Source: Tubulanus polymorphus
Lineage: Eukaryota > Animalia > Nemertea
Direction of reading: 5' to 3'
Assembly: GCF_964204645.1 (NCBI RefSeq)
Contig: NC_134032.1
Location: 14,992,275 to 15,056,274, forward strand
DNA length: 64,000 bases
A model generated the notes under the pieces. That model searched no databases and was not told the DNA's origin. It was given only the letters and a program-made list of their open reading frames with translations. Shown one piece after another: positions 52,150 through 64,000 of the stretch (position 1 is the first letter of the stretch; each line of letters begins with the position of its first letter). Made by a program: the position numbers and the translations under genes.

Positions 52150-53401
52150 CTTTTCATATGGTCTTTTTCGACTACTTTTCTTTTTCGCTTTAGGCATCTA
52201 GAAAAATAAATGAAATTGTTAAATCATTTTAAATTACAATATTATCAGACATGAGTTATGCAGAGTTTAGTTACACCGGTCTGAGTTGTGTTACTGGTTG
52301 TAAGCTAATTTAAACAGTAAAGTCTTAAACACATTAGCAAAATGGACTAGTTACCGATTTAAACTTACTGGTTGGAACGACCGCTCACCTATCCGGTCCA
52401 AGTTGGCCTGTTGCTCGGCCCGCTCATTTAAATGCCGGCGTCTGGTTCGCTAGAAAAGAGTAAAAGTATTCATGCAATGACAACCAAACTGAACGACAGA
52501 TTTGATAAACAATTAGTATCATCTATACATCATTTTACAGAATATTGATATTTAGTGGAACGATACACTTTGCCGATCCACAACAATTTCACCAACATTA
52601 TCTTAAATTTCTTTTCTTTTTTTTTGGATTTTCGTAAGCAATTCGAATGAAAAAGAAATGGTCTATTTAGACTCGGTATTTAACATGGATGGTATGAATA
52701 AATCAATATATTGATACAACTATGTACAAAATAGTGTCGGTCACCGTTAAGAAGAATTGGGCCATTAAATTTGAACTTACAGGACTGTAAGGTGAAGACA
52801 TGGCCGCTGGGCCACCCTTCCACAATCTTCGTGTTTTTGGCATTTTTGCTGAGCTTCTTTCAATAAAAGCTTGGTCTGTTTCATTAAGACGTTTAAAGTT
52901 GATTTTTATTTGTGGGCTCTTGATCTGATAAATCAAATCAATGTTTATGATGAGGGGTATCTGAAAACTTACTCCCTTGTGCGCCGAAATAGGCTCGTGT
53001 TTAATTGTCTTTAAAAATAGAGAATAGAAAAATACTTGAATCAAACTATAGTTCATTTAACTATAGAACCAACGGGGTCTAGAGAGATTTTACTGAAAAC
53101 TTGGTCTCTCGTTGGGAACCATCTTATTTCCTTTTTCATTTAGTATCTAATTTAATTATCATCAGGATCTCGCACAATTTGATGCAGTTCTCCGGTTTAT
53201 GGCGTGATGCCAAGTGTTGAAATTCAATATTTCTATTGGTTCAACAAAATTCTTCCTAACGCGGAACCTTTTCATAATTAAGCTACAGCTTGATGTTATA
53301 GCTATATAGAAAGATAGCTAGTAGTTTCGCATGTTCAGGACTTTACTGATACTTGTACTTACAGCAGTAGTTAACGGAGATACTGACATCGACTTTGAAC
53401 T
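52150..53401 (-). CDS. Chain of phase-0 exons of an unknown basic protein: 53401-53363, 53008-52973, 52924-52781, 52449-52369, 52197-52150
   Basis: Each exon is bounded by AG and GTAAGT; lengths are 39/36/144/81/48 nt, all stop-free in phase 0. Confidence 0.55.
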
Positions 53402-56183
53402 CTAGAAAAGACAACAATATAATAACTTTTATTTTCCCTCGAATTACAACACGATTATACATAAACACATCAGTCAAATTCACTAAGGGTTGAATTTTCA
53501 AACTTCTTTATTCCGAGGTTAAAGGAGGAAGTTTTGAAATCAGCAGTAGAATTGTAGAGAAGATAAAATGAGTTAAAAATGATAAAAAATATAAATTTAC
53601 AGAACACAATTTTAAGTTACTGAGGCCGAGTAGCTGGATTTGAGATCCGTCCAGTTGCTTCCCTGCTCATGTCGGTTATCAACTGCACCGGCTCAGATGG
53701 CCAAATGATGGACATTTTGAGAATAGACCTAAATTATTACGAACAAATATATTTCTTGTCGCTAGTCGGCTTATGTCGAACCAATAGAGCAGCAACTGGC
53801 GGCCTCTCGTAGGCCACTAGTTGCCACTAATCGGCGATAAACCCTGTTGCGTCAGTAGGCGTCAGTCGCTTGTCGAATCTATTATCAGTTAGATAATTCA
53901 CTGAAACTGGCTTAGACCCACTGTACTTAAAAACATCAAACTAGAATTATTATAACTTACTGGTGACAACCTTTCAAAAGGCGTTGGCACGCGCGCGTGG
54001 CCAAATTCTGGGCCGGAGGATAGGTGTTCTAGAAAAAATGAAATTATTTCATATAAATGAAAAATATACAAATTTACAGAACACAATTTCATGCTACAAT
54101 CAGGCCACAGAGTGAGTTATATTGAATATTCATATCAAATCTATCTAAACTTGTCAGTGAGATGAACTGTAAGCATTCATCTACTGTAAAGGCCCCCCAC
54201 AGACACTAGGGGAATTGAGACGCTGAAAATTCATGTCTTAAGATGTGTCTGTTACTACAACTTAGTTGTTTGATTTAACGAGGGAATTCCATAAACTAAC
54301 AAAAAAGGAATAATCAGCTTGAACCGCGGTCTTTTTCTAGAACTCTTCTTTTTAGCTTTAGGCATCTAGAAAAATAAATGAAATTGTTAAATCATTTTAA
54401 ATTACAATATTATCAGACATGAGTTATGCAGAGTTTAGTTACACCGGTCTGAGTTGTGTTACTGGTTGTCAGCTAATTTAAACAGTAAAGTCTTAAACAC
54501 ATTAGCAAAGTGGACTAGTTACCGATTTAAACTTACTGGTTGGAACGACCGCTCTCCTATCCGGTCCAAGTTGGCCTGTTGCTCGGCCCGCTCATTTAAA
54601 TGCCGGCGTCTGGTTCGCTAGAAAAGAGAAAGTATTCACGCAATGACAACCAAACATTTGATAAACAATTAGTATCATCTATACATCATTTTACAGAATA
54701 TTGATATTTAGTGGAACGATACACTTTGCCGATCCACAACAATTTCACCAACATTATCTTAAATTTCTTTTCTTTTTTTTTTGATTTTCGTAAGCAATTC
54801 GAATGAAAAAGAAATGGTCTATTTAGACTCGGTATTTAACATGGATGGTATGAATAAATCAATATATTGATACAACTATGTACAAAATAGTGTCGGTCAC
54901 CGTGGAGAAGAATTGGGCCATTAAATTTGAACTTACAGGACTGTAAGGTGAAGACATGGCCGCTGGGCCACCCTCCCACAATCTTCATTAATTCGTATTT
55001 CAACTCTTTAATTTGTATTTCAAATTAATGAAAAATATTTAGTTAAAATCACACTTTATACTGATACCCAATAAACCACTGACTGATGCAAAATATCGAG
55101 AGTAAAATTATAACTTGCGTGTCTTATGGGTGGAGACGGCAATGCTGATTTCATTGAACATAGTTCAGGTATGTGTCCTGTCAGCTATGCGTCAATCTAT
55201 GGGTTATATCTAGCTTATCAAAGGCAGGTGATTGGAAAGGTTCCATCACACACTCTCCTTTGATAAGTTTCCTAGAGTGTCTGGGCTTTAAAGGGTTACT
55301 TGGACTTTGATTTTTACCTTTGAGTTGTCCTGGGGATGACTTTAAATTGCCCTCATTTTAAACTGGATACTGGGCGTGAAATTTATTAGAGGTTGAATTT
55401 TCAAACATCTTTATTCGGAGGTTAAGAATTTCGAAGTCAGCAGTAAAATTCTAGAAATGATAAAATAAGTTCAAAATAATGAAAAATATGAATATCACCG
55501 TTTAAAATTTAAGGAACCTCTTTTTAAGCTACAATCGGGCTGCATTTTCCGTGTGAGAAACTGTTCTTCTTGTAGAGTGGAATTCTAGAAAATATAAAAT
55601 GATTTATAAAATTGATGAAATGTGACTAAGTTTTCTTACAGAAATCCATAATTTAAGGTGCCTTTGTGAAACGTATGTTTTTTCGATTACATAAATTAAA
55701 TCAATGTTTATGATGAGGGGTATCTGAAAACTTACTTGTGCGCCGAAATAGGCTCGTGTTTAATTGTCTTTAAAAATAGAGAATAGAAAAATACTTGAAT
55801 CAAACTATAGTTCATTTAACTATAGAACCAACGGGGTCTAGAGAAATTTTACTGAAAACTTGGTCTCTCGTTGGGAACCAACTTATTTCCTTTTTCATTT
55901 AGTATCTAATTTAATTATCATCAGGATCTCGCACAATTTGATGCAGTTCTCCGGTTTATGGCGTGATGGAAAATTCATAGAAAGTTATACATAGTTCGTC
56001 TTAAATCAAATTAATAGGAAGTTCATAAACATTTTGTCTTTTGTAAAGCACAGCAATTATCTTATATAGTTCTGCACTACATATGCAAATGAATTATTAT
56101 ATTATCATCTTGTGCTCATTGTGGCTCCATCTGTGCCCTAGCTGATACATGGGGCGCGGGCGAGGATCCATCAAACACACCCA

Positions 56184-57125
56184 TCAGCTGTCTTTCTTCG
56201 GGCTGTTCCCTATGTCAGGGTTCTCTAGTCGTGGAACACGTCCATGCCGGGCCACCTCGCCGATATCACATTGTGTTAGGCATTTTTTACAAAACTTAAA
56301 AGAAAACTATTAAATCATATGATAATACAATATTATATCGGACATGATGGGCCTCCACTAAAGTCCACCATTCTGGCTTGCCAGATTTCCTTTTCCTTTT
56401 TTACAAAATTATCTGATTCTGTTTATTTTTTTCAAAATGAATTACGATGAAAGCAGTAAATTTGAACTTGCCTTTTCATATGGTCTTTTTCGACTACTTT
56501 TCTTCTTCGCTTTAGGCATCTAGAAAAATAAATGAAATTATTAAATCATTTTGAAATACAATATTATCAGACATGAGTTATGCAGAGTTTAGTTACACTG
56601 GTCTGAGTTGTGTTACTGGTTGTCAGCTAATTTAAACAGGAAAGTCTTAAACACATTATTAGCAAAATGGACTAGTTACCGATTTAAACTTACTGGTTGA
56701 AACGACTGCTCTCCTATCCGGTCCAAGTTGGCCTGTTGCTCGGCCCTCTCATTTAAATGCCGGCGTCTGGTTCGCTAGAAAAGAGAAAGTATTCACGCAA
56801 AGACAACCAAACTGAACGACAGAATTGATAAACAATTAGTATCATCTATACATCATTTTACAGAATATTGATATTTAGTGGAACGATACACTTTGCCGAT
56901 CCACAACAATTTCACCAACATTATCTTAAATTTCTTTTCTTTTTTTTTTGGATTTTCGTAAGCAATTCGAATGAAAAAGAAATGGTCTATTTAGACTCGG
57001 TATTTAACATGGATGGTATGAATAAATCAATATATTGATACAACTATGTACAAAATAGTGTCGGTCACCGTGGAGAAGAATTGGGCCTTTAAATTTGAAC
57101 TTACAGGACTGTAAGGTGAAGACAT
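56184..57125 (-). CDS. Predicted 86-aa basic protein, copy 1 (exons 57125-57105, 56774-56694, 56519-56472, 56294-56184)
   Basis: gcggccATG start and phase-0 introns (third donor is GC-AAGT), intact to TGA. The terminal exon is the least certain. Confidence 0.5.
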
Positions 57126-58355
57126 GGCCGCTGGGCCACCCTCCCACAATCTTCATTAATTCGTATTTCAACTCTTTAATTTGTATTTCAAATTAATGAA
57201 AAATATTTAGTTAAAATCACACTTTATACTGATACCCAATAAACCACTGACTGATGCAAAATATCGAGAGTAAAATTATAACTTGCGTGTCTTATGGGTG
57301 GAGACGGCAGTGCTGATTTCATTGAACATAGTTCAGGTATGTGTCCTGTCAGCTATGCGTCAATCTATGGGTTATATCTAGCTTATCAAAGGCAGGTGAT
57401 GGGAAAGGTGCCATCACACACTCTCCTTTGATAAGTTTCCTAGAGTGTCTGGGCTTTAAAGGGTTACTTGGACTTTGATTTTTACCTTTGAGTTGTCCTG
57501 GGGATGACTTTAAATTGCCCTCATTTTAAACTGGATACTGGGCGTGAAATTTATTAGAGGTTGAATTTTCAAACATCTTTATTCGGAGGTTAAGAATTTC
57601 GAAGTCAGCAGTAAAATTCTAGAAAAGATAAAATAAGTTCAAAATAATGAAAAATATGAATATCACCGTTTAAAATTTAAGGAACCTCTTTTTAAGCTAC
57701 AATCGGGCTGCATTTTCCGTGTGAGAAACTGTTCTTCTTGTAGAGTGGAATTCTAGAAAATATAAAATGATTTATAAAATTGATGATATGTGACTAAGTT
57801 TTCTTACAGAAATCCATAATTTAAGGTGCCTTTGTGAAACGTATGTTTTTTCGATTACATAAATCAAATCAATGTTTATGATGAGGGGTATCTGAAAACT
57901 TACTCCCTTGTGCGCCGAAATAGGCTCGTGTTTAATTGTCTTTAAAAATAGAGAATAGAAAAATACTTGAATCAAACTATAGTTCATTTAACTATAGAAC
58001 CAACGGGGTCTAGAGAGATTTTACTGAAAGCTTGGTCTCTCGTTGGGAACCATCTTATTTCCTTTTTTATTTAGTATCTAATTTAATTATCATCAGGATC
58101 TCGCACAATTTGATGCAGTTCTCCGGTTTATGGTGTGATGGAAAATTCATAGAAAGTTATACATAGTTTGTCTTAAATCAAATTAATAGGAAGTTCATAA
58201 ACATTTTGTCTTTTGTAAAGCACAGCAATTATCTTATATAGTTCTGCACTACATATGCAAATGAATTATTATATTATCATCTTGTGCTCATTGTGGCTCC
58301 ATCTGTGCCCTAGCTGATACATGGGGCGCGGGCGAGGATCCATCAAACACGCCCA

Positions 58356-59300
58356 TCAGCTGTCTTTCTTCGGGCTGTTCCCTATGTCAGGGTTCACTAG
58401 TCGTGGAACACGTCCATGCCGGGCCACCTCGCCGATATCACATTGTGTTAGGCATTTTTTACAAAACTTAAAAGAAAACTATTAAATCATATGATAATAT
58501 AATATTATATCGGACATGATGGGCCTCAACTAAAGTCCTCCACTAAAGTCCACCATTCTGGCTTGCCAGATTTCATTTTACTTTTTTTTTAAATTATCTG
58601 ATTCTGTTTATTTTTTCAAAATGAATTACCATGAAAGCAGTAAATTTGAACTTACCTTTTCATACGGTCTTTTTCTAGAACTCTTCTTTTTAGCTTTAGG
58701 CATCTAGAAAAATAAATGAAATTATTAAATCATTTTGAAATACAATATTATCAGACATGAGTTATGCAGAGTTTAGTTACACCGGTCTGAGTTGTGTTAC
58801 TGGTTGTCAGCTAATTTAAACAGGAAAGTCTTAAACACATTATTAGCAAAATGGACTAGTTACCGATTTAAACTTACTGGTTGAAACGACTGCTCTCCTA
58901 TCCGGTCCAAGTTGGCCTGTTGCTCGGCCCTCTCATTTAAATGCCGGCGTCTGGTTCGCTAGAAAAGAGTGAAAGTATTCACGCAATGACAACCAAACAT
59001 TTGATAAACAATTAGTATCATCTACACATCATTTTACAGAATATTGATATTTAGTGGAACGATACACTTTGCCGATCCACAACAATTTCACCAACATTAT
59101 CTTAAATTTCTTTTCTTTTTTTTTGGATTTTCGTAAGCAATTCGAATGAAAAAGAAATGGTCTATTTAGACTCGGTATTTAACATGGATGGTATGAATAA
59201 ATCAATATATTGATACAACTATGTACAAAATAGTGTCGGTCACCGTGGAGAAGAATTGGGCCATTAAATTTGAACTTACAGGACTGTAAGGTGAAGACAT
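58356..59300 (-). CDS. Predicted 86-aa basic protein, copy 2 (exons 59300-59280, 58958-58878, 58703-58656, 58466-58356)
   Basis: Same structure with all GT-AG introns; differs from copy 1 mostly at synonymous sites. Confidence 0.55.
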
Positions 59301-62300
59301 GGCCGCTGGGCCACCCTCCCACAATCTTCATTAATTCGTATTTCAACTCTTTAATTTGTATTTCAAATTAATGAAAAATATTTAGTTAAAATCACACTTT
59401 ATACTGATACCCAATAAACCACTGACTGATGCAAAATATCGAGAGTAAAATTATAACTTGCGTGTCTTATGGGTGGAGACGGCAGTGCTGATTTCATTGA
59501 ACATAGTTCAGGTATGTGTCCTGTCAGCTATGCGTCAATCTATGGGTTATATCTAGCTTATCAAAGGCAGGTGATGGGAAAGGTGCCATCACACACTCAC
59601 CATTGATAAGTTTCCTAGAGTGTCTGGGCTTTAAAGGGTTACTTGGACTTTGATTTTTACCTTCAAGTTGTCCTGGGGATGACTTTAAATTGCCCTCATT
59701 TTAAACTGGATACTGGGCGTGAAATTTATTAGAGGTTGAATTTTCAAACATCTTTATTCGGAGGTTAAGAATTTCGAAGTCAGCAGTAAAATTCTAGAAA
59801 TGATAAAATAAGTTCAAAATAATGAAAAATATGAATATCACCGTTTAAAATTTAAGGAACCTCTTTTTAAGCTACAATCGGGCTGCATTTTCCGTGTGAG
59901 AAACTGTTCTTGTAGAGTGGAATTCTAGAAAATATAAAATGATTTATAAAATTGATGAAATGTGACTAAGTTTTCTTACAGAAATCCATAATTTAAGGTG
60001 CCTTTGTGAAACGTATGTTTTTTCGATTACATAAATCAAATCAATGTTTATGATGAGGGGTATCTGAAAACTTACTCCCTTATGCGCCGAAATAGGCTCG
60101 TGTTTAATTGTCTTTAAAAATAGAGAATAGAAAAATACTTGAATCAAACTATAGTTCATTTAACTATAGAACCAACGGGGTCTAGAGAAATTTTACTGAA
60201 AACTTGGTCTCTCGTTGGGAACCAACTTATTTCCTTTTTCATTTAGTATCTAATTTAATTATCATCAGGATCTCGCACAATTTGATGCAGTTCTCCGGTT
60301 TATGGCGTGATGCCAAGTGTTGAAATTCAATATTTCTATTGGTTCAACAAAATTCTTCCTAACGCGGAACCTTTTCATAATTAAGCTACAGCTTGATGTT
60401 ATAGCTATATAGAAAGATAGCTAGTAGTTTCGCATGTTCAGGACTTTACTGATACTTGTACTTACAGCAGTAGTTAACGGAGATACTGACATCGACTTTG
60501 AACTCTAGAAAAGACAACAATATAATAACTTTTATTTTCCCTCGAATTACAACACGATTATACATAAACACATCAGTCAAATTCACTAAGGGTTGAATTT
60601 TCAAACTTCTTTATTCCGAGGTTAAAGGAGGAAGTTTTGAAATCAGCAGTAGAATTGTAGAGAAGATAAAATGAGTTAAAAATGATAAAAAATATAAATT
60701 TACTGAACACAATTTTAAGCTACTGAGGCCGAGTAGCTGGATTTGAGATCCGTCCAGTTGCTTCCCTGCTCATGTCGGTTATCAACTGCACCGGCTCAGA
60801 TGGCCAAATGATGGACATTTTGAGAATAGACCTAAATTATTACGAACAAATATATTTCTTGTCGCTAGTCGGCTTATGTCGAACCGATAGAGCAGCAACT
60901 GGCGGCCTCTCGTAGGCCACTAGTTGCCACTAATCGGCGATAAACCCTGTTGCGTCAGTAGGCGTCAGTCGCTTGTCGAATCTATTATCAGTTAGATAAT
61001 TCACTGAAACTGGCTTAGACCCACTGTACTTAAAAACATCAAACTAGAATTATTATAACTTACTGGTGACAACCTTTCAAAAGGCGTTGGCACGCGCGCG
61101 CGGCCAAATTCTGGGCCGGAGGATAGGTGTTCTAGAAAAAATGAAATTATTTCATATAAATGAAAAATATACAAATTTACAGAACACAATTTCATGCTAC
61201 AATCAGGCCACAGAGTGAGTTATATTGAATATTCATATCAAATCTATCTAAACTTGTCAGTGAGATGAACTGTAAGCATTCATCTACTGTAAAGGCCCCC
61301 CACAGACACTAGGGGAATTGAGACGCTGAAAATTCATGTCTTAAGATGTGTCTGTTACTACAACTTAGTTGTTTGATTTAACGAGGGAATTCCATAAACT
61401 AACAAAAAAGGAATAATCAGCTTGAACCGCGGTCTTTTTCTAGAACTCTTCTTTTTAGCTTTAGGCATCTAGAAAAATAAATGAAATTGTTAAATCATTT
61501 TAAATTACAATATTATCAGACATGAGTTATGCAGAGTTTAGTTACACCGGTCTGAGTTGTGTTACTGGTTGTAAGCTAATTTAAACAGTAAAGTCTTAAA
61601 CACATTAGCAAAATGGACTAGTTACCGATTTAAACTTACTGGTTGGAACGACCGCTCTCCTATCCGGTCCAAGTTGGCCTGTTGCTCGGCCCGCTCATTT
61701 AAATGCCGGCGTCTGGTTCGCTAGAAAAGAGAAAGTATTCACGCAATGACAACCAAACATTTGATAAACAATTAGTATCATCTACACATCATTTTACAGA
61801 ATATTGATATTTAGTGGAACGATACACTTTGCCGATCCACAACAATTTCACCAACATTATCTTAAATTTCTTTTCTTTTTTTTTGGATTTTCGTAAGCAA
61901 TTCGAATGAAAAAGAAATGGTCTATTTAGACTCGGTATTTAACATGGATGGTATGAATAAATCAATATATTGATACAACTATGTACAAAATAGTGTCGGT
62001 CACCGTGGAGAAGAATTGGGCCATTAAATTTGAACTTACAGGACTGTAAGGTGAAGACATGGCCGCTGGGCCACCCTCCCACAATCTTCATTAATTCGTA
62101 TTTCAACTCTTTAATTTGTATTTCAAATTAATGAAAAATATTTAGTTAAAATCACACTTTATACTGATACCCAATAAACCACTGACTGATGCAAAATATC
62201 GAGAGTAAAATTATAACTTGCGTGTCTTATGGGTGGAGACGGCAATGCTGATTTCATTGAACATAGTTCAGGTATGTGTCCTGTCAGCTATGCGTCAATC

Positions 62301-64000
62301 TATGGGTTATATCTAGCTTATCAAAGGCAGGTGATGGGAAAGGTGCCATCACACACTCACCATTGATAAGTTTCCTAGAGTGTCTGGGCTTTAAAGGGTT
62401 ACTTGGACTTTGATTTTTACCTTCAAGTTGTCCTGGGGATGACTTTAAATTGCCCTCATTTTAAACTGGATACTGGGCGTGAAATTTATTAGAGGTTGAA
62501 TTTTCAAACATCTTTATTCGGAGGTTAAGAATTTCGAAGTCAGCAGTAAAATTCTAGAAATGATAAAATAAGTTCAAAATAATGAAAAATATGAATATCA
62601 CCGTTTAAAATTTAAGGAACCTCTTTTTAAGCTACAATCGGGCTGCATTTTCCGTGTGAGAAACTGTTCTTCTTGTAGAGTGGAATTCTAGAAAATATAA
62701 AATGATTTATAAAATTGATGAAATGTGACTAAGTTTTCTTACAGAAATCCATAATTTAAGGTGCCTTTGTGAAACGTATGTTTTTTCGATTACATAAATC
62801 AAATCAATGTTTATGATGAGGGGTATCTGAAAACTTACTCCCTTGTGCGCCGAAATAGGCTCGTGTTTAATTGTCTTTAAAAATAGAGAATAGAAAAATA
62901 CTTGAATCAAACTATAGTTCATTTAACTATAGAACCAACGGGGTCTAGAGAAATTTTACTGAAAACTTGGTCTCTCGTTGGGAACCAACTTATTTCCTTT
63001 TTCATTTAGTATCTAATTTAATTATCATCAGGATCTCGCACAATTTGATGCAGTTCTCCGGTTTATGGCGTGATGCCAAGTGTTGAAATTCAATATTTCT
63101 ATTGGTTCAACAAAATTCTTCCTAACGCGGAACCTTTTCATAATTAAGCTACAGCTTGATGTTATAGCTATATAGAAAGATAGCTAGTAGTTTCGCATGT
63201 TCAGGACTTTACTGATACTTGTACTTACAGCAGTAGTTAACGGAGATACTGACATCGACTTTGAACTCTAGAAAAGACAACAATATAATAACTTTTATTT
63301 TCCCTCGAATTACAACACGATTATACATAAACACATCAGTCAAATTCACTAAGGGTTGAATTTTCAAACTTCTTTATTCCGAGGTTAAAGGAGGAAGTTT
63401 TGAAATCAGCAGTAGAATTGTAGAGAAGATAAAATGAGTTAAAAATGATAAAAAATATAAATTTACAGAAGACAATTTTAAGCTACTGAGGCCGAGTAGC
63501 TGGATTTGAGATCCGTCCAGTTGCTTCCCTGCTCATGTCGGTTATCAACTGCACCGGCTCAGATGGCCAAATGATGGACATTTTGAGAATAGACCTAAAT
63601 TATTACGAACAAATATATTTCTTGTCGCTAGTCGGCTTATGTCGAACCGATAGAGCAGCAACTGGCGGCCTCTCGTAGGCCACTAGTTGCCACTAATCGG
63701 CGATAAACCCTGTTGCGTCAGTAGGCGTCAGTCGCTTGTCGAATCTATTATCAGTTAGATAATTCACTGAAACTGGCTTAGACCCACTGTACTTAAAAAC
63801 ATCAAACTAGAATTATTATAACTTACTGGTGACAACCTTTCAAAAGGCGTTGGCACGCGCGCGCGGCCAAATTCTGGGCCGGAGGATAGGTGTTCTAGAA
63901 AAAATGAAATTATTTCATATAAATGAAAAATATACAAATTTACAGAACACAATTTCATGCTACAATCAGGCCACAGAGTGAGTTATATTGAATATTCATA

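Larger units (their letters stand above)
51903..64000. repeat. Modular tandem segmental array with units of ~2.17 kb and ~2.76 kb, continuing past the window end
   Basis: Anchor ttaggcatctagaaaaataaatg at about 52190, 54358, 56512, 58696 and 61461. Confidence 0.95.

Noticed and set aside
53621-54028. Further exons of the basic-protein gene in module C (54028-53961, 53728-53621)
   Set aside because: Splice-like signals exist, but I could not join them in frame to the phase-0 chain; one donor is weak and a nearby acceptor is mutated.

Overview
Eukaryotic (invertebrate animal) genomic DNA with GT-AG introns. 84-10154 (+) holds seven in-frame exons (~2,490 codons; 5' exon(s) lie upstream of the window) of a Schnurri/HIVEP zinc-finger transcription factor. 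It has the two ZAS finger pairs, a Drosophila-type C-terminal triplet and five further C-terminal fingers. The remaining ~52 kb is AT-rich and dominated by minisatellites, satellites, MITEs, a SINE and local duplications. It also hides small spliced genes or gene relics that the ORF track misses. The strongest is a minus-strand gene built from phase-0 micro-exons, amplified in a modular tandem array at 51.9-64 kb. Its copies differ mostly at synonymous sites, and two copies splice to an intact ~86-aa basic, NLS-rich protein. Other signals: a TATA/CRE-driven small gene at 13.8 kb with a frameshifted inverted paralog at 49.8 kb, a 142-bp satellite sharing an 18-mer with that gene's splice acceptor, a tandem array of hairpins, and unusually many CTCF-like motifs. 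All splice models are read by eye and lack transcript support.
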